From Pachysolen tannophilus NRRL Y-2460 (taxonomy: Eukaryota): a DNA stretch of 64,000 nt. The position numbers and the translations under genes were made by a program. The DNA lies in contig KV454018.1 of assembly GCA_001661245.1 (NCBI GenBank), forward strand, positions 377,944 through 441,943, written 5' to 3'. This document shows positions 44,307 through 54,629 of the stretch, in pieces; the stretch's first letter is position 1, and each line of letters begins with the position of its first letter. The notes under the pieces were generated by a model. The model searched no databases and was not told the DNA's origin. It worked only from the letters and a program-made list of their open reading frames with translations.

Positions 44307-44799
44307 CAATAACAGTGGGCATGTGGAGCCTAGTTATTATTTGAGGTGCAAACTACTACAAATCACTATTTTCATTTAAATTGAAGTAAAAATTAAATGT
44401 TTGATCAACAATTTTAATAATTCTGAGAAAATCAATTGTTTGTGAATATACTAATCTTTTTTAAAAATCAACTTTTGGTCTTGTTGTATCTGTTTTAAAT
44501 GGTTTTAAAAAATGATTAGATCATCTCTTATGTTTACAAAATGTGCGGCTCGAAGTTATTGTCTTTTACTTTAAAATCACCGAAATATTTCCTCTTTAGG
44601 CGGATAAAGGAAAGAATACAAAACTACAAGTACTAAAGAGTTGGTGTTGATTTATTGAAATTGATAATGATAACAATTATATATATATATAGAAAGATAA
44701 TTTTTTTTTTTTTTGTTTTCACTTTTCATCAGAGGTTCTTAGTGTTATCGCTCACTTTATCGTCATTCGCTTTATTGTCATTCGTTTTTACGGTCCTTT

Positions 44800-45849
44800 A
44801 TGAAAATTATTGCTTCAATCCACTTTATACTACTTTTTTCATTGTATTTAATTTCAGTCGAAAGTTGTGATTCTTGCAAAACTTCAACAGCTACAGTTTA
44901 TTCCTCAACTCTAAGTGTGACAACTTCAACTCATGTCAATGTGGTTGTGATCCACAGAAGCAGCAGCAGCAGTAGTAGTAGTAGTAGTAATTACTTAGCT
45001 GCTACTAGCTCAGGTCCAATTTCAATCCCAAGCTCAAGCTCTGTTTCAAGCGCAATTTCAAGTTCAAGTTCAAGCATGAGTAGTGCTTTCCCTTCTTTAA
45101 TTTCAAGTGTTGCTCCAGTTTTGTCAAGCACTTCACCATTACCTAGTTCGTCTTCTGTGCACTGTTCAGACGATAAATGTTCCACTTCTACGGCAACTGC
45201 TTATTCAACAATTAGTTCAGTGACAACTTCAACAAACACCAACATAATTGTGATTTCTCACTCAAAACTAGCATCAAGTATTTCAAGTAAGTTAACTTCT
45301 TTAAGTGCCTACACTACTTCTTCTAATTTACAACCTCAACCAATTACCACATACCTTTCAAGTACTTCAAGTTTTAATATCAATAGCTACCCTACAACAA
45401 GTATCGGAAATATTGAAAATTTTTCATCATCTAGTTCAGCAATCATTACAACAGTGGAAATCTCAGAAGTTACACTTACAACTACAGTACCATGCTCGAA
45501 TTCAGCTTATTCAAAAGAATCAAGTATTGATTATACCACAATTACATCCACTTTCTTAGAGTCTCAAACTCCTATAGCTACAACTAGCCCAAGCACCTCA
45601 ACCAGATCCACAGTGGTACCTAGCTCAGCTTCTAGTGTTTTGACACAAAAAGTTTTTTCAGCTTCAGATATTGCAGCCAAATCAACATTTACAAGTACAA
45701 GTGGTGCAGTTGGTACTAGCTCTAACAGTAGTTATACCAGTTCAACTAGTTCTAGTATATACATCTATGAAGGAGAAGCTTCCAAATTCTCCAGTTCTCC
45801 CTTATTCTTCAACTTACTCTTTTTTTTCACTTCTCTTTTCTTAATTTGA
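44800..45849 (+). CDS. Ser/Thr-rich GPI-anchored cell-wall protein
   Basis: Signal peptide, very high S/T content, CSDDKC and TLTTTVPC wall-protein motifs, YEGEAS followed by a hydrophobic C-terminal GPI signal. Confidence 0.85.
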   Translation: MKIIASIHFILLFSLYLISVESCDSCKTSTATVYSSTLSVTTSTHVNVVVIHRSSSSSSSSSSNYLAATSSGPISIPSSSSVSSAISSSSSSMSSAFPSLISSVAPVLSSTSPLPSSSSVHCSDDKCSTSTATAYSTISSVTTSTNTNIIVISHSKLASSISSKLTSLSAYTTSSNLQPQPITTYLSSTSSFNINSYPTTSIGNIENFSSSSSAIITTVEISEVTLTTTVPCSNSAYSKESSIDYTTITSTFLESQTPIATTSPSTSTRSTVVPSSASSVLTQKVFSASDIAAKSTFTSTSGAVGTSSNSSYTSSTSSSIYIYEGEASKFSSSPLFFNLLFFFTSLFLI

Positions 45850-45924
45850 ATCTCTTTGTATAGATCAACTGATAAGCGTTTCTCTGCAGTAAGCAGGCAT
45901 AAAAGAACAAAAAAAAATTTTTTT

Positions 45925-46183
45925 NTTNNNNNNNNNNNNNNNNNNNNNNNNNNNNNNNNNNNNNNNNNNNNNNNNNNNNNNNNNNNNNNNNNNNNNNNNN
46001 NNNNNNNNNNNNNNNNNNNNNNNNNNNNNNNNNNNNNNNNNNNNNNNNNNNNNNNNNNNNNNNNNNNNNNNNNNNNNNNNNNNNNNNNNNNNNNNNNNNN
46101 NNNNNNNNNNNNNNNNNNNNNNNNNNNNNNNNNNNNNNNNNNNNNNNNNNNNNNNNNNNNNNNNNNNNNNNNNNNNNNNNNNN
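45925..46183. other. Assembly gap (N run)
   Basis: Run of n flanked by poly-T/poly-A. Confidence 0.99.
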
Positions 46184-46189
46184 TTTTTA

Positions 46190-46225
<36 letters not shown>

Positions 46226-46306
46226 CAAGTGAAAAATTTTTGTTTTTAAACATTAGTTGTTTGTTCAAAATATATTGATAAATATATATAATTTGGTAGA
46301 GTGGAT

Positions 46307-47674
46307 ATGCCTGCCTTTGCTGAGTGTAGACTTACAAGTGTCATATTAGTTACGGCTATAGTTTCAGTAGGAGTGGTTGAAGCTATACACCAATATTTCC
46401 GTAAGCAAAATAGCTCATCATTAGACGTTCGCACTAGCACTGATACTAGTACTAGTACTAGTATTAATACTACTAGAGGTAAAGCTGTGACAAGAAAATT
46501 TCCAATCAAAGATTATGATGAAGAGTTGATTAGGGAACAGCTTGCGAGGAACTATGCTTTTCTCGGGGAAGAAGGAATAGCAAAAATTAGAAGTCAATTA
46601 GTGGTTGTTGTTGGTGCTGGAGGGGTTGGTTCCAACTGTGTGATTTCATTAATTAGATCAGGTGTATCCAAGATACGAATCATAGATTTTGATCAAGTTT
46701 CACTTTCTTCATTGAATAGACATGCGTGTGCGACTTTACTGGATGTTGGGACTTCAAAAGTAGAATGTTTGAAAAATCATATTTGGGAAATTGCTCCATG
46801 GTGTGAAGTTGAAGCTTTAAATGAGTTGTGGACTTTAGATAATGCATCAAGATTATTATCTGGTGGAACTTATTATGTTGATTGTATTGATAATATAGAT
46901 ACAAAAGTTGATTTGTTGGCTTATTGTTATGATAATAATTTAAAAATTATTTCTTCAATGGGGTCAGCTTGTAAAAGTGATCCTTCAAGAGTTAATATTG
47001 GAGATATTTCAACAACTGAAGAAGATCCTTTGGCTAAATCTGTTAGAAGACTTTTGAAAAAAAGAAAAAATATCATTACTGGTATTCCTGTTGTTTTCAG
47101 TTCTGAGAAACCTGATCCTAAAAAGGCTAAATTATTACCATTACCAGATGAAGAATTTGAAAAAGGAGATATTGGAGAATTAACTGCTTTAAAAAATTTT
47201 AGAGTAAGAATCTTGCCCGTATTAGGGACAATGCCATGTATATTTGGTTTAGCATTATCAACTTATATTATAACTGAAATTGCTGGTTATCCAGTAGAAC
47301 CTATAGAGGGTAAAAATAGGTATAAAGTATATGATGGAATTTTACAAAGTTTAGCTGGACAACAATCAAGAATTGGTGAAGATGAACAAAGAACTCCAAT
47401 TGCTTTAAGTGATGTTAATTATATAGTAGAAGAAGTTTTCAGAGGAAAATCACCAATTTCTAATTATTCAACCAGATTAACACTTTCACGTTGGATTAGA
47501 GATAAACCTTTAAGTTATCAAAATGTTGTATTAATGACAAAAGAAGAACAAAAAATTCATGAACAAAGAGTCTTAAATGGAGGTGAAAAAGTTGAAGATG
47601 TATATAGTAAAGAAGTTTTAGAAAGAATACAAAAAAGATTCCAAGAAGAAAAATGGTATAGTCAATTTAGATAG
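46307..47674 (+). CDS. TCD1: tRNA threonylcarbamoyladenosine dehydratase (ThiF family), Tcd1/Tcd2
   Basis: YDEELIREQLARNYAF, VVGAGGVGS, DFDQVSLSSLNRH, DCIDNIDTK, FRVRILPVLGTMP; near LEU5 as in S. cerevisiae. Confidence 0.88.
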   Translation: MPAFAECRLTSVILVTAIVSVGVVEAIHQYFRKQNSSSLDVRTSTDTSTSTSINTTRGKAVTRKFPIKDYDEELIREQLARNYAFLGEEGIAKIRSQLVVVVGAGGVGSNCVISLIRSGVSKIRIIDFDQVSLSSLNRHACATLLDVGTSKVECLKNHIWEIAPWCEVEALNELWTLDNASRLLSGGTYYVDCIDNIDTKVDLLAYCYDNNLKIISSMGSACKSDPSRVNIGDISTTEEDPLAKSVRRLLKKRKNIITGIPVVFSSEKPDPKKAKLLPLPDEEFEKGDIGELTALKNFRVRILPVLGTMPCIFGLALSTYIITEIAGYPVEPIEGKNRYKVYDGILQSLAGQQSRIGEDEQRTPIALSDVNYIVEEVFRGKSPISNYSTRLTLSRWIRDKPLSYQNVVLMTKEEQKIHEQRVLNGGEKVEDVYSKEVLERIQKRFQEEKWYSQFR

Positions 47675-47748
47675 AGTTATACATAAATAAATATATATAT
47701 ATATATATATATTCGTTATTCACAAGATGGTTTTCTTTTTTTTTTTTT

Positions 47749-48573
47749 TCATTTTCTTTTTTTTAAAAAAAAATTAAACAATGTTTCTATATTCAAGAGT
47801 CTTTTTTCTTTTTTCTTTTCTTTTAAAAAAAACCAGCTATACCATTTTTGCTTTTTATTTGGAGGAGTACCAAATTTTGGATTAGATGCTGTAGGATCAA
47901 CAATTATTTTTTTAATGTTTGAATTTGCCTTTGCTACAATATCTTTTGTTCCTTCTTTTGAAAGTGAATGTTTTAAACCATGTTCCTTATATGAGGCCTT
48001 GGCTGAAGAAGCCAATGTTTTCAATTTTGTTCTACCAACATTAAATCCAAAACTTCTTAATTTTGAAACTACTGCTGGAGTTATAGCTGCTGTTATTGGA
48101 AGTCTAATGAAAATAAGAGATTTATGAATTCCATATGCTAGAGCAAATTCAGCCAAGAAACTACTCTTATGTGATTTTTCTTTAGATATCAGTGTCTCAC
48201 CTTGTTGATCAATATCATTTTCTTCTTGTTTCTTTTTACCAAAACCGAAAAATTCTTTTACTTTATCTTCATATTCACCAATTTTTTCTTCACCTTGAGA
48301 ATGTACTAATAAATAACAAAGAGGCAAATCAATCATACTTAACCCCAAATAAACCCCAAGAGCACTATAACCATATTCTTGTATCAAAGCTTTAATTCCA
48401 GTTGGTTTCTTTTTCTCATCAGACAGTTTTGAAGAATTTAACCTTTTGCCTCCATTTGAAAAATTCTTTCTAATAACACCTAATGATCTATTCCTAATTA
48501 AAAAATTAATACCATCTCCAGAAAATTGAAATTGTCTCAATCCTTGTCTCAATCCATGTCCCAATCCGAACAT
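47749..48573 (-). CDS. NAT2: Mitochondrial DUF1279/FAM210-family protein (Nat2-like); true stop probably near 47823
   Basis: YGYSALGVYLGLS.IDLPLCYLLVHS, LAYGIHKSLIFIRLPITAAITP; removing one T from the T8 run gives ...WYSWFF-stop. Confidence 0.75.
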   Translation of the reverse strand: MFGLGHGLRQGLRQFQFSGDGINFLIRNRSLGVIRKNFSNGGKRLNSSKLSDEKKKPTGIKALIQEYGYSALGVYLGLSMIDLPLCYLLVHSQGEEKIGEYEDKVKEFFGFGKKKQEENDIDQQGETLISKEKSHKSSFLAEFALAYGIHKSLIFIRLPITAAITPAVVSKLRSFGFNVGRTKLKTLASSAKASYKEHGLKHSLSKEGTKDIVAKANSNIKKIIVDPTASNPKFGTPPNKKQKWYSWFFLKEKKKEKRLLNIETLFNFFLKKRK

Positions 48574-49271
48574 CTTCCTTTCTAACTATACACTCTTTAT
48601 TCTTATTAAAAAAATGATAAATTGATTACTTTCCAATGGCAACTGGTGCCAAAACTTTTTTGCCTTTTTTTTTTCTTCCTTTTAAACCGAGAAGAAAAAC
48701 GGGCGGAAATCAGGCGGTGGCCCCGAGGGAGGAAGAGCTGACTTGAAAAACAGTTTTTTTCTCTTTAAAAAAAAAATATTAAGGAAAGAAGGAAAATAGT
48801 ATAATATATATTTAAATTAAAGATACAAGAAGATATATATCCATATATAAAGATAGAGAAAGAGAAGATAGAAGTTAGATCGAAGGTTTTTGTTGAAAGG
48901 AGAAGAAGAAAAAAAAAATAAAAAAGTTAGGATTTTAATATAAAAAATTTGTATTAAATTTTATTGTTTCAATTATTGGTATTTATTTCATCTTTTATAC
49001 CGAAGAATAGCTATTTTCATACATTATCAAATTTAAATTAGATTTCAACAAAGAAAAGGTAAAGCGAAATACTTTTCTTTCATTCAAAGAGAAGAGCAAT
49101 TTAAAAGAAATTTCCACTGCAAATGAAAATTTTAAAAGAAATAAAACAAAAAACAAAATAAAAAAGACAAAAAAAAANAAAAAAAAAAACACAAAATTTA
49201 AAAGAGAAACCGTCTCAGTAATGCATTGAAAGTTTCCTCCTATAGAACTTCGAGATCATATTCATATTAAG

Positions 49272-50651
49272 ATGGCTTCAGGAGGGAAAAATCAAGATAA
49301 TGTTATTATTGATGAAAGGTTGACTGGGCCATTACAAGGGAATGGGAATGAGAATATGAGTTCAAATTTTTTCAAAAATTTGGATGAAAATCCATATATT
49401 GTTAGTGAAAATAATATTAAAAGTAGTGATAATAGTGGAGGACTTGTAATTAAGAGAAAAGAAAGAGCTGTTGTAATAGATGATGGAACTCCAATTCTGT
49501 TTGAAGATAAGAGAATAGATAAACAATCTTTAGAATATGTTGTTAGAAGTGGGGTCGCTGGAGGTATTGCTGGATGTGCTGCAAAGACATTAATTGCTCC
49601 ATTGGATAGAGTTAAAATTTTATTTCAAACTTCAAATCCTGATTTTAAAGAATTTAGTGGATCATTTAAAGGTTTATATAGAGCAATGAAAAAAATTTAT
49701 AAAACAGATGGTATTATTGGATTATATCAAGGTCATTCTGCAACATTACTTCGAATTTTCCCCTATGCAGCTATTAAATTTGTTGTTTATGAACAAATTA
49801 GAACAATTTTAATACCAAATGATAATTATGAAACTGGTGGTAGAAGGCTTTTAGCAGGATCTTTAGCTGGAATTGCAAGTGTTTTTTGTACATATCCTTT
49901 AGATCTTGTTAGAGTAAGATTAGCTTTTCAAACTGATCGTTATAAAACTTCTTCATCAAATCATTTATTTCAATTAATTAAAACAATTTATAATGAAAAT
50001 CCAAAATGGACTACAATTGATAATGTTAATTTGAAAAATGAAAATATGATTACAAGATTTTTAATTAATAGAGAACGTAAAGGTTTATCAAATTGGAAAA
50101 TTTTCCAAGCTTTTAATAATTTTTATAGAGGTTTTGCACCAACAATTTTAGGAATGATTCCATATGCTGGTGTTTCCTTTTATACACATGATTTAATTCA
50201 TGATATTTTTAGATCAGAATATTTAGCAGCATATACAGTGAAACAAATGGATAGATATCAGAGATTACGTAAGAAACGGAAAAGTTTACTTCGTCATGAT
50301 AATGATAATGATGATCAAAATAATGATGATGATAATGATCATGAAAAAAGTTCACATGATCATAGGATTCCTTTAAAATCATGGGCTCAATTAATTGCTG
50401 GAGGAGTTGCAGGAATGTTTTCTCAAACTGCTCTGTATCCATTTGAAGTTATTAGAAGAAGAATGCAAGTTGGTGGAGTTGTTAATAGTGGTCAATTTTA
50501 TGGAATGGGTAAGACTTGTTCAATAATTTTTAAAGAAAGAGGTTTTAAAGGTTTTTATGTCGGTTTAAGTATTGGATTCATCAAAGTTGTTCCAATGTTT
50601 GCCTGTTCATTTTATGTCTACGAAAGGGCTAAATCATATTTGGGAATTTAA
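49272..50651 (+). CDS. LEU5: Mitochondrial CoA carrier
   Basis: DKQSLEYVVRSGVAGG, APLDRVKILFQTSNP, QGHSATLLRIFPYAAIKF, NFYRGFAPTILGMIPYAGVSF. Confidence 0.9.
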   Translation: MASGGKNQDNVIIDERLTGPLQGNGNENMSSNFFKNLDENPYIVSENNIKSSDNSGGLVIKRKERAVVIDDGTPILFEDKRIDKQSLEYVVRSGVAGGIAGCAAKTLIAPLDRVKILFQTSNPDFKEFSGSFKGLYRAMKKIYKTDGIIGLYQGHSATLLRIFPYAAIKFVVYEQIRTILIPNDNYETGGRRLLAGSLAGIASVFCTYPLDLVRVRLAFQTDRYKTSSSNHLFQLIKTIYNENPKWTTIDNVNLKNENMITRFLINRERKGLSNWKIFQAFNNFYRGFAPTILGMIPYAGVSFYTHDLIHDIFRSEYLAAYTVKQMDRYQRLRKKRKSLLRHDNDNDDQNNDDDNDHEKSSHDHRIPLKSWAQLIAGGVAGMFSQTALYPFEVIRRRMQVGGVVNSGQFYGMGKTCSIIFKERGFKGFYVGLSIGFIKVVPMFACSFYVYERAKSYLGI

Positions 50652-50944
50652 AAATGAAATACAAAAGAAAAAAAGAAAAAAATTTAGAGAAACCATTCTT
50701 GTACAATAATAATTCTTATTTATAGAAAAGAAAACAAAAAAAAAAAAAAAAAAAAATTTTTTTTTTCTCTCTGACGTTCATTCATATTGGAATAGATAAT
50801 AGAGGATTATGACTGTTTGTGATTATTTCAAATATATATATATATATATATGTAAACGATAATATTATTTATTTTATTATAATTGGGTTTCTTTTTTTTT
50901 TGTTCTAACAAAGAAAAAAAAAAATCGAATCATTATTTTGTAAA

Positions 50945-51509
50945 CTTATCTCTCGCTTGCTATATCCATAAATGATTGAATTCACAAAAGAAAAAAAAAA
51001 CATAAAACATAAAGCGGGTCTCCGATCAAAAAATGTTATGATATAGTATATAATAATAAGAACATTGATAAAGCAAAAGTTTATCTTTAGATAAAGAGAG
51101 AAAACGGTTTCTTAAGTGGAAACTTGGAAGCCTGCTTGGTAAAAACAAAAAAAAAAAAACACTTGACGGGCATCTCCGAAGACCCAAAATTTTTTTTAAC
51201 CACGTATCTCTTTGTTTCTTTTCTTGTATTTTTACACTTATCGCATATATTTCTAATCCATTACGGAACTCCCAATTTTTATTAATCTATGATCAATTGT
51301 TTTATGAGATCATTATTACGATTCCAAATATTAATTATATAAATTAAACAAATATTTCCTTGTTAATTAATTAATTAATTATTTTTATTTATTTATTTAT
51401 TATCAATAAAAAAGAGAAAGAGAGAGAAAGAAAAAGATTTTTTTTTTCTTATCTATAATCTTTTACAAAGAAATTTTTATTTTTATTTTTGTTTGGTAAA
51501 TTGCTTATC
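50945..51509. promoter_or_regulatory. GATA-factor sites and a Zn2Cys6 CGG-N6-CCG site in the uricase promoter
   Basis: CTTATC (GATAAG) at 50945, 51237, 51448 and 51504; CGG-GCATCT-CCGA at 51167-51179. Confidence 0.55.
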
Positions 51510-51545
51510 TAACAAATAAATTTTTAATTATAGAATTATTTCAAA

Positions 51546-52490
51546 ATGTCTGTTTTAGCTGCTTCTACTTATGGGAAGGATAATGTCAAATTTCTTAAGG
51601 TGAAGAAAGATCCTTTAAACCCTAAGATTCAAGAAGTTATGGAAGCTACTGTTTGTGTGTTATTAGAGGGTAATTTTGATGTTTCATTTACTAAAGCTGA
51701 TAATTCACCAATTATTCCAACAGATACAGTTAAGAATACTATATTATTTGAAGCTAAGAAAACAGAGATTTTCCCCATTGAAAGGTTTGCAGCTCATTTA
51801 GGACAACATTTTATTAGAAAATATCTGCATGTTTCAGCAGTTAATGTTTCAATTATTCAACATCGTTGGTCAAAATATAATGTAAATGGACAATTACATG
51901 ACCACTCATTTATTAAAGATGGTGATGAAAAAAGAATTTGTAAATTAAGAAATGAAAGAAATGGGAATTATTTTATTGAATCTGGTTTAAAAGATTTAAC
52001 TGTTTTAAAATCAACAGGTTCAATGTTTTATGGATATCATCAATGTGATTATACTACTTTAGAACCAACAACAGATCGAATCTTATCAACTGATATTGAT
52101 GCTACATGGAAATGGGATACTAAGAAATTAGGTTCAATTTCCAATATAGCAAATGTTGCTTCAACAAACATTATAAATACAGGTACAAATGGCGAAAGAA
52201 ATAATTTATTTGATAATGCTTTTAATACTGCAAGAAAAGTTACTTTAGATATTTTTGCATTAGAAAATTCTGAATCTGTTCAAGCAAGTATGTATAATAT
52301 GGCTAGTAAGATTTTAGAACTTTGTAAAGAAATAAAAACGGTTTCTTATGCATTACCAAATAAACATTATTTCTTACTTGATTTTAAATGGAAAGGTGAA
52401 TCAAATGATAATGAAATTTTTTACCCATCACCACATCCAAATGGGTTAATTAAATGTACTGTTGCTAGAGACAATAGAGCAAAATTATAA
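51546..52490 (+). CDS. Urate oxidase (uricase), peroxisomal
   Basis: YGKDNV, DNSPIIPTDTVKNT, LTVLKSTGSMF, DRILST, SVQASMY, LPNKHYF; PTS1 AKL. Confidence 0.95.
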   Translation: MSVLAASTYGKDNVKFLKVKKDPLNPKIQEVMEATVCVLLEGNFDVSFTKADNSPIIPTDTVKNTILFEAKKTEIFPIERFAAHLGQHFIRKYLHVSAVNVSIIQHRWSKYNVNGQLHDHSFIKDGDEKRICKLRNERNGNYFIESGLKDLTVLKSTGSMFYGYHQCDYTTLEPTTDRILSTDIDATWKWDTKKLGSISNIANVASTNIINTGTNGERNNLFDNAFNTARKVTLDIFALENSESVQASMYNMASKILELCKEIKTVSYALPNKHYFLLDFKWKGESNDNEIFYPSPHPNGLIKCTVARDNRAKL

Positions 52491-52570
52491 AAATAAAAAA
52501 AAAAAGAAAAAAAAAAATTAACTTTTCCATATTCTATTCTATTATATTATATTTATTCTTTTTTTTTTTA

Positions 52571-52630
52571 TTTTTATATCTTTTTATATCTTTTTATATC
52601 TTTTTATATCTTTTTATATCTTTTTATATC
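52571..52630 (+). repeat. Decanucleotide tandem repeat (TTTTTATATC)x6
   Basis: Six perfect copies between the uricase stop codon and the 5S gene. Confidence 0.9.
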
Positions 52631-52723
52631 TTTTACTTGTGTATTTTAGTTATTAATCAATGAATCAATCTTTTAATCTTATTTTTACTTGCATTATCAC
52701 TTGCATTTTTTAGTTAGTATTTC

Positions 52724-52844
52724 GGTTGCGGCCATATCTAGCAGAAAGCACCGTTTCCCGTCCGATCAACTGTAGTTAAGCTGCTAAGAGCCTGACCGAG
52801 TAGTGTAGTGGGAGACCATACGCGAAACTCAGGTGCTGCAATCT
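52724..52844 (+). rRNA. RDN5: 5S rRNA gene (solitary copy)
   Basis: 121-nt GGTTGCGGCCATATCT...GGTGCTGCAATCT matching yeast 5S, followed by a T-run from 52857. Confidence 0.97.
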
Positions 52845-54177
52845 ATACAAAAAAAATTTTTTTTTTTTAACTCTCTTGAAAAAGAGTTGTTCCCAATGAG
52901 GAAATTGACACATGGGTCGTGTAATGCCCCGATTCGGTAAATTTTTTTTTTCTTCTCTATAAGCAAAAGCAAAAAAAAACTAAACGTTAAAACTGATACA
53001 CTTACATTAATACATACATAAAACTTATTAAGATAAAGATGTGCAAATTGTCCTAATTAGGTTATTAAAAAGAGAAAATCTCTGCAGATCGAGAACCCGA
53101 GAAAAAAAAACAGAAAAAAACAGAAAAAAAGAAAAAATTGAGTCCCAGTCCCTTCTAAAATTTCCTTTTCCTTTTTCATCTTTGTTCGCCAAAGCAGTAT
53201 TAAACCAGCCTTAGATCTGCACTATGTTTATAATAATAATAAATAAATAAAAAAAATTTTTTTTTTTTATTTTTTATTTTTTTTATTGAGTGCTCAGCGT
53301 AAAAACAAACCCATAAAAAGACTGTGTATGGTCCGACAAAAAAATTAACAAATTTATAAATTAAAGGTATAAGCCCTTATTATTCTGTAACTGGTGCTTT
53401 TCAATTTAAATATGATTTACGAGGAAAAATTTAAAAGTAATTTATATAATAATCAAGTTTTTACAAATAGAAAAGATCAAAGATCTTGTAATAGCTTTTA
53501 AACTATAGTTTAATGGTATTAAATAATATAATAAATTAAAATTAAACTCTCTCTTTGACTCTACTTTGCTTTTGTTTAAACGTTTTCTTTGTTTGTTCTT
53601 TTTTTTTTACTTTTTTTTTCAGCGGTGGAATTGGGGGTTCTTTTTTTTCTCCCAGTCCTCCGCCTCCTCCTCCTTACCGCCCGTTTTCTGCTGGGATCTG
53701 TAGGTTAATGTAAATTTAGAAGTTTAAAAAGAATAAATTTAAATTTTTTTTTTAAATATATATATATATATATATAAATATATTTATATAAATATAATTA
53801 AATTTATTTAAATTAATTTCATAATAAAACTCATTAATCAATTAGGAAAAGGGAGAAAAGTTCTTTTAAAGGGGAGATTTTAAATTAGTTTAAAAGTTTT
53901 TCTTTTTCTCTTTAATTATTGTTATTATTATTAAAAAGGATATAATATATTCCTGTTTCGTTTTTGGTTTAAATCAAAACTAAAAAGGTAGAGAGATTTA
54001 TTTTATACATACTCGTACATACATACATAAAAAAAAGAATCTTTTTCGATTTTGAATTTGATTATGGTGAATTTTATCTAACCAACCAACTTCTTCTCTC
54101 TATGATTCAATGAAAAAAAAAAAAAATTAAAATGCAACGATTGATAATATAATTTATACATAAAAAATTAATTATAT

Positions 54178-54219
<42 letters not shown>

Positions 54220-54629
54220 ATATATGAATTAAATAACTTAAAAGCCCATCGTCATCGACATCAACATTTAAATTTTTTTTTTTTTTTTTTTTGTTTTTTT
54301 TGTTTTTATTGTTTTCTGTTTTTTTTAATTTGGTTTTTTTTAAATTTGGTTCCTTTGTTTTTTTAGGTTATATTCCTGGCGCTTTTCTCTCTTAATCTCT
54401 AGCTATATATATATATATATATATTCATTCGCTTCGTTTGGTTCTTTTTCGGTTGTTGGGAGTTTTTATTTTTTGCCTATATTGATTTAGAAAAAAAAAG
54501 AAAAAAGAGAACGCACACTTCGCTGAGAATAAAAAGCCCAAGATTAAAAATAGAAAAAAAAAGAAGGAAAAGAAAACAGGATTAACTGGTTAGCATAATA
54601 ATCACTCGCTACAATTAAATATCATCAAT

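Noticed and set aside
45765..46278. ORFs spanning the N run
   Set aside because: Artefacts of the assembly gap
47749..47825. Lys/Phe-rich C-terminal extension of the NAT2-like protein
   Set aside because: Reads through poly-A/T 3' UTR-like sequence; one fewer T in the T8 run gives a stop right after WYSWFF, so it is probably a homopolymer error
53100..54600. Possible snoRNA or other ncRNA in the long intergenic region
   Set aside because: No convincing C/D or H/ACA boxes or stable structure found by eye; mostly poly-A/T and (TA)n. An Infernal/Rfam scan would be needed
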